Source: a virus. Taken from it: DNA of 64,000 nucleotides. The translations under genes were made by a program, and so were the position numbers. Each line of letters begins with the position of its first letter. Position 1 is the stretch's first letter. The stretch is from the IMG/VR virus record IMGVR_UViG_3300050343_000256, positions 1 to 64,000 of that record; one strand, written 5' to 3'. Below the pieces are notes generated by a model. That model ran no database searches, was not told the origin of the DNA, and was given only the letters and a program-made list of their open reading frames with translations. Of the stretch, positions 59,451 to 64,000 are shown in pieces.

Positions 59451-59986
59451 TAAAAGAATCCTCCTTGTGCGAAGACATGAACTCGAGTAGAGGAGCTGGG
59501 TGCGGTTAGCGCAGCACTTACTCCTACGTATAAAACTGCACCAGATGGGACATATAAACCGGTATTCTTCTTGTCTGTCTCTGAAGCGAACGTCGTCGTC
59601 GTTGCAGCGGGTCCTGCCAAGTTAGGGACAGGAACGCTTAGTGGCGGGAGTGAAATATTAGTACGCTCGCCAGCAGCACTTGAGCTAATTGCATTACTGG
59701 CGACTACGACTGTATTGGCAGAAGTAATAGATGACGCTGAACCCGCAATACTTAGAAAAACAAGAACATGAGCTGCTGTAGTACTAGCCTCATTGGACAT
59801 AATTGACAAACTGTCAACTACTGCACCATCATTGCTCAAACAATCAACAAGTAAGACACAGCCGCCTCCGTTTGGAGTGTTGTAGTCCGTAGCTGTGGTC
59901 AGTGCTGCCGCGCCGCCGAGCGTTGCGAACGAATGCAGCGGTCTGTCAACCAGCAGCGGCATCTTATTAGAACTACTGGTTGCCAA
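59450..59986 (-). CDS. virion structural protein
   Basis: beta-rich; ends VFAQGGFF. Confidence 0.65.
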   Translation of the reverse strand: MATSSSNKMPLLVDRPLHSFATLGGAAALTTATDYNTPNGGGCVLLVDCLSNDGAVVDSLSIMSNEASTTAAHVLVFLSIAGSASSITSANTVVVASNAISSSAAGERTNISLPPLSVPVPNLAGPAATTTTFASETDKKNTGLYVPSGAVLYVGVSAALTAPSSSTRVHVFAQGGFF

Positions 59987-60038
59987 GGCATCTCCTCTTC
60001 TTTAACTATGTTACTTAATTGATTCGATCGATATTTAA

Positions 60039-60545
60039 TCAAGCAGGTCGTTTCTTGCCGCCTCTTGGTTCATTACGTCGTGCACCTGTACCGAATGCTG
60101 ACATTCCAGTATTCATTCCACGAGGCGGATCCATAGACCTAGGAGTGCTCATCTCAGAGCCAGGACCTGGTGTCTGAAGAAAGTTTGGTTTGTCAACATC
60201 TTTTGCTATTTTTGATCCATAGCCGTAACCGCCCCACTGGGTAGGACGCTTATAAGTGGGACCTTGGGCTCGCTCTATCCGCTCAGCATCACCGTAAGGA
60301 TTGCGACTGAATACAACGTCAGCATCGGACTCACTATTAGGAGCGAACCGAGAAGCAACAGGAGTGAATGTCTGATAGTTGGTGGGATTATTAGGAACAC
60401 CATCTTTAGTTGCTGAGAAAAAATCCTGAGCCTCCTTATGGCCTTTTGCATCCATGTACCACTCATTTATCCGAGCTTGGCGCTTAGGCCCTTCACGGTT
60501 CTTGAAGAAGTCGGTGCTTGAATAATTTCGCTTTGAATTAGCCAT
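60039..60545 (-). CDS. hypothetical late protein
   Basis: In the late operon. Confidence 0.6.
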   Translation of the reverse strand: MANSKRNYSSTDFFKNREGPKRQARINEWYMDAKGHKEAQDFFSATKDGVPNNPTNYQTFTPVASRFAPNSESDADVVFSRNPYGDAERIERAQGPTYKRPTQWGGYGYGSKIAKDVDKPNFLQTPGPGSEMSTPRSMDPPRGMNTGMSAFGTGARRNEPRGGKKRPA

Positions 60546-60548
60546 GAT

Positions 60549-61370
60549 TTAAAAAAGACGTTCAGCTTCTGCTGCGTTCTGAAAATGCTTTCTCATTGTT
60601 TCTCGAAGCGTATTCATTCCATTGAGCCCAGGAATGCTTTGAGCTTCTGGGTTTTGCAGCTCACTAGTCTTTTGATTATTGCTCTCGGTAATCCGCCCCG
60701 TGCCGCCCATGATCGCTGCGGCATTCTTTATTGCTGCTGCCTGGTCTGCGCCTGCGGTCATGCCGTTTGCAAGAACGCTATTGGCATCACCTGAACCCTC
60801 ACCTTCGTATGAGTTGCCGAACTTCTTGTTGTATTCACGCATCGCCAAAGCTGGATTGGCCTTAGCCCAAGTCTCCATGGGGCTGCCCTTTTCGTAGCCA
60901 AGGGCCTCGATGATTTCGGGATTAGCGCCAATACCAGCTTGACGTTGCTGAGTATTGAACTGGGCTAGTCCAGCGGCATCACCGCCGTAGCTGTTGGTCC
61001 TGGCAGCTTCGAGGATTGCCTTACCTTCATCAGTACTCCAGATGTCAGCACCTGGGGCGTACTGCTGCCTCATTGAGGTCAGCGCAGAATCACTGGAGTT
61101 GGCATCGTCACTGCGAACTGGAGGTTTTAAATCATTAGGAGGTGCTGGCTTGTCAAATTCAGCAGCTAGACGCTTAATCGCATCCATGTCCAGGTCAGCG
61201 CCCTGGTCGTCACGGCCCGAAGAGTCGAGTACCGCCTCTGTCGGAGAAACCGGCTTAACAGGTTTTTGCCTGTTAGTGCGTGAGTACCCGTCAGGGTTGC
61301 GATTATTTATGCCGCCGCTAATGGCGTCAAAAATTTCACCAAGTAATGTGCGGCTATACCGTTCTGCCAT
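60549..61370 (-). CDS. hypothetical late protein
   Basis: In the late operon. Confidence 0.65.
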   Translation of the reverse strand: MAERYSRTLLGEIFDAISGGINNRNPDGYSRTNRQKPVKPVSPTEAVLDSSGRDDQGADLDMDAIKRLAAEFDKPAPPNDLKPPVRSDDANSSDSALTSMRQQYAPGADIWSTDEGKAILEAARTNSYGGDAAGLAQFNTQQRQAGIGANPEIIEALGYEKGSPMETWAKANPALAMREYNKKFGNSYEGEGSGDANSVLANGMTAGADQAAAIKNAAAIMGGTGRITESNNQKTSELQNPEAQSIPGLNGMNTLRETMRKHFQNAAEAERLF

Positions 61371-61373
61371 GAG

Positions 61374-61859
61374 TTACCTCCAGTTCATTGATCCTTGGGC
61401 TTGCATCACTCGAGTGCCCACGGCAGTGTCTGCGGGGCCTGGTACGGACATGATGAATTCCGAACCAGCTCTGTCGTAGGCGTAGCGCCTAACTTCATCG
61501 CGGCGATAATTAGCCACGTACAAGACTTCGGCGAGACGATCACACTCACGTGTGTAAATCTCCCAGTAATCTTTGTCCGCTTTTAACGGCTCGGACTGGA
61601 AGATTGCACGATCCGTGTCACCCGTAATGCGCTCGACACGACTGGGCTGTGGCTGATCTTCAACGCGAAAAACCTGCGAAACCTTAAAAGATTTATCGCA
61701 GCGATCCATGTGTTCCAGGATGCGCGAATAGAAATAACTATCCGGCACTCTGGCCATCGCCTCTTCCAGACGGGCAATATCACCCGCCGGGAGGTTAGCT
61801 CCGACGTTGTATCCCAAATGGAAGCGACAACGGCTTTTGTCGTAGTCGTTGAGCTCCAA
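61374..61859 (-). CDS. putative head-completion/adaptor protein
   Basis: DKSR.RFHLGY pattern; position downstream of the capsid genes. Confidence 0.5.
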   Translation of the reverse strand: MELNDYDKSRCRFHLGYNVGANLPAGDIARLEEAMARVPDSYFYSRILEHMDRCDKSFKVSQVFRVEDQPQPSRVERITGDTDRAIFQSEPLKADKDYWEIYTRECDRLAEVLYVANYRRDEVRRYAYDRAGSEFIMSVPGPADTAVGTRVMQAQGSMNWR

Positions 61860-61894
61860 TGTTATTCAGCGACCTTTCAGTAATTCTATGCGAA

Positions 61895-62326
61895 TCAGTC
61901 GATGTAAATTAAGTCAGCTCCGATCACCTCGTCCCAGTCGACACGACCGATCTTTTTAAGCTGCTCAAGATTCTTGAATCGTTCGCCAGGAAGAGACAAC
62001 CTCAGCTCAACAATCTTCTTAGCCGTTGCGTAGCCGATGCCTTTGACATGCTTGGCGATACCTTCAGCAGTACCGAGATTGAGATTCAATCTCGTGTCGG
62101 AAGGAATGATTGTTTCGGGAAGCTTGTCTTCGTCTACTTCGACCTCTGCACTCTGAGGTTCGATTGAGACTCCAGTTCTACCTTTCCCCGCCTCGTAGCC
62201 GACTAAGTCAGCAAGAGCTACATAAGCAACTGCCCCGCTGGAGTTCTTCACCATTGCCCACTCTTTGTCGTGGTGTGAAATGAACTCGACCAACTGGCCA
62301 GTCTTGGTGTTTTGAAACAGCGCCAT
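61895..62326 (-). CDS. helix-hairpin-helix DNA-binding protein
   Basis: LNLN.GTAE.I...KGIG...AKKIV..R....F..LEQL. Confidence 0.8.
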   Translation of the reverse strand: MALFQNTKTGQLVEFISHHDKEWAMVKNSSGAVAYVALADLVGYEAGKGRTGVSIEPQSAEVEVDEDKLPETIIPSDTRLNLNLGTAEGIAKHVKGIGYATAKKIVELRLSLPGERFKNLEQLKKIGRVDWDEVIGADLIYID

Positions 62327-62335
62327 ACATGCAAT

Positions 62336-62367
62336 AAAAGAGGGCGGCTGGTGGCCCAGACGCCCTC
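62336..62367 (-). terminator. intrinsic terminator after the capsid operon
   Basis: GAGGGCG...CGCCCTC-TTTT on the - strand. Confidence 0.65.
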
Positions 62368-62390
62368 ATACTAGAGAAAAGATTTGAGAA

Positions 62391-63038
62391 TCAGCTCTCA
62401 GTCAAGTAAGGCAGCATCGTGTTATCGGCGCTGGCTACTTCGTCATCGAGATAGTACGAGACTTCACAGATGATTGGAGTGCCGCCAGATGCAGTAGAGC
62501 TCAGAGTGTTAGAGCTGGCTACGTTGCCTGCGGATGTGCAGAGGAACACTTTCAGCGTCAGATCGCTGGAAAGAGTTGCACCTGCAGCGCTGCTTGCTCG
62601 GCCAGTGCCAGGAGCAATAGTTGTACTTGCAACGGTCAATGAAGCGGCCACAGTACCGAGAGCGGTAGCGGCGATTTGACCAGTTGCAGTTGCAGTTGCA
62701 GCTGAAGCAAGCTTCAAGGTCTCGGTGTTAGTGCCAACGAGACCAGAAGTTGCAGTGCCTACGCCTTTTTCTTTGCGAGTGTCAGACACACGCAGTCCAA
62801 GGGAATAAACAGTTGCGCCCTGAGGCACAGTCAGTCCAGTGATGTCAGGGCGAACCTTGTCATCAGCACGCATGTCGGGGCTAGGGATGACAACGTCGAA
62901 TGACGCTGCACCAGTAGAACCAACGAGCGCATAACCAACCTTGTGGTAGTACACACGGCCAGGAACGGCTACAACAGGCTGACCCTGGTAGCTACTCAGA
63001 TCGGTAACCCAGTTACCGGGGAAAATTTTCTTTGCCAT
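62391..63038 (-). CDS. putative capsid decoration/minor capsid protein
   Basis: Ala/Thr-rich; directly after the major capsid gene, with AGGAG RBS. Confidence 0.6.
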   Translation of the reverse strand: MAKKIFPGNWVTDLSSYQGQPVVAVPGRVYYHKVGYALVGSTGAASFDVVIPSPDMRADDKVRPDITGLTVPQGATVYSLGLRVSDTRKEKGVGTATSGLVGTNTETLKLASAATATATGQIAATALGTVAASLTVASTTIAPGTGRASSAAGATLSSDLTLKVFLCTSAGNVASSNTLSSTASGGTPIICEVSYYLDDEVASADNTMLPYLTES

Positions 63039-63054
63039 TGTTTAGTTACTCCTA

Positions 63055-63501
63055 TCAATAAACGAAGGAATAAGCAATGGTGATGAAGTCGCGGTTAAGC
63101 ACTTCAAAACCAGCAAACAGCGACCAGATCATGATGATGAATCGTGAGAAATCATCATTGTTGTTCAACAAGATCTGAGCGTTGTTACCACCAATGCCAA
63201 CGCCGACTGCCTGAGGACCGAAGAAAATCATCGGAGCAGCAGTGGTCACCGTGTTGGTGATCGATGCGTCGTTAACAGTTACTTGCAGAGATTTCTCAGC
63301 AAGGTTGGTGGATTCAAACCAGCGAACTCCCTCAAATAGGAATCCCGTAGGCATGATTGGCTGTCCAGCCACGAAACCAGCCTGTCCGTAAGCGGGACCC
63401 ATGCCATAGAAGAAGTTGGCATTAGGAGCCTGCTCAGGTTGCAGGGGGTTGACCATGCCATTACCCGCGTAGCGAGCAATTTCACGGAAGGCGTCATTCT
63501 G
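63055..63501 (-). CDS. major capsid protein, 3' exon
   Basis: 149 codons, QNDAFREIARY...FEGVRWFESTN...FFGPQAVG...DDFSR...W. Confidence 0.85.
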   Translation of the reverse strand, partial: QNDAFREIARYAGNGMVNPLQPEQAPNANFFYGMGPAYGQAGFVAGQPIMPTGFLFEGVRWFESTNLAEKSLQVTVNDASITNTVTTAAPMIFFGPQAVGVGIGGNNAQILLNNNDDFSRFIIMIWSLFAGFEVLNRDFITIAYSFVY

Positions 63502-63757
63502 CAGTGTTGTTATCCCAGAAGCTCTTTATCTCCTGGTTCTCAATCTTTGTCATCGATTGAGCTCAGACTATATCTTCATCCCTGTGGGATGGAGGGCACT
63601 CGTGGATCCATTACTGAGTTTCCTCTCGGGATCTAGTCGTTGAACCTTCCAGATTGTGATCTGGCTTGGCTGCTGATTCCCCGAATGTGTGAAGGGGTCC
63701 CAGCAATTCACCCTCTGTTCACCCGGCTGTTACCAACCGAGGGCGCAAGAATCGTTT
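63502..63757 (-). ncRNA. group I self-splicing intron (256 nt, no homing endonuclease)
   Basis: P AATTGCTGGGA, Q AATCAGCAG, R TCAACGACTA, S AAGATATAGTC; exon ends in U, intron ends in G; removal restores the frame. Confidence 0.93.
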
Positions 63758-64000
63758 ACGCAGGTGCATCATTGCAGTTGGATCTGCAATGCAACGGTAA
63801 TAACCATCAGCAAAGGTTGGGACGTTGCGCTTCCGCATGTCCTTAACAACCTGCAGCAAGTCTGTCTTTACGTCAAACTTGGCTGATTCACCGGCTGCGT
63901 AGTTAAGGAACGGAGCGGCGGATGCCTTGGTTTTGCCGAGTGGGTAGTAATAACCACCAGCATTATCGCTAGCAGGACCAGCAGCTTCTGCTTTGAAAAG
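63758..64000 (-). CDS. major capsid protein, upstream exon (continues beyond the window)
   Basis: 81 open codons ...DMRKRNVPTFADGYYRCIADPTAMMHLR. Confidence 0.85.

Noticed and set aside
63055-63456. Stand-alone 133-aa gene or capsid pseudogene
   Set aside because: Explained as the 3' exon of the intron-split capsid gene
1-64000. tRNA, rRNA, psbA/hli genes, DNA polymerase, terminase, portal
   Set aside because: No recognisable motifs found by eye in this window; a tRNAscan-SE run and HMM search would be needed to exclude them

Overview
64 kb of a dsDNA tailed-phage genome, almost certainly a cyanophage of Synechococcus-like hosts (DUF3288, DUF4278-like, NblA-like and cyanophage-type outer-membrane and structural proteins) and probably temperate (large serine recombinase with an adjacent 48-bp attP-like dyad). 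Layout: (1) about 400 bp of CG-rich non-coding repeats; (2) an early region (0.5-16 kb) of small + strand genes, many preceded by a conserved hairpin/U-tract plus a 20-bp TGCACC-N4-CAAC-GGTGCA-like box; (3) replication, recombination and nucleotide metabolism (clamp-like protein, SSBs, exonuclease, frameshifted primase-VirE helicase, dCMP deaminase, ThyX, dNTP diphosphohydrolase); (4) lysis and integration; (5) a - strand virion region that ends inside the major capsid gene, which is split by a 256-nt group I intron. Highlights are the intron, the cassette-like early array, two promoter-driven structured ncRNA candidates each upstream of a nuclease gene, an N-terminal RLAG motif shared by five otherwise unrelated proteins, and a C-terminal YYxxRF motif shared by four. 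All product calls come from motif recognition by eye; no database searches or folding programs were run.
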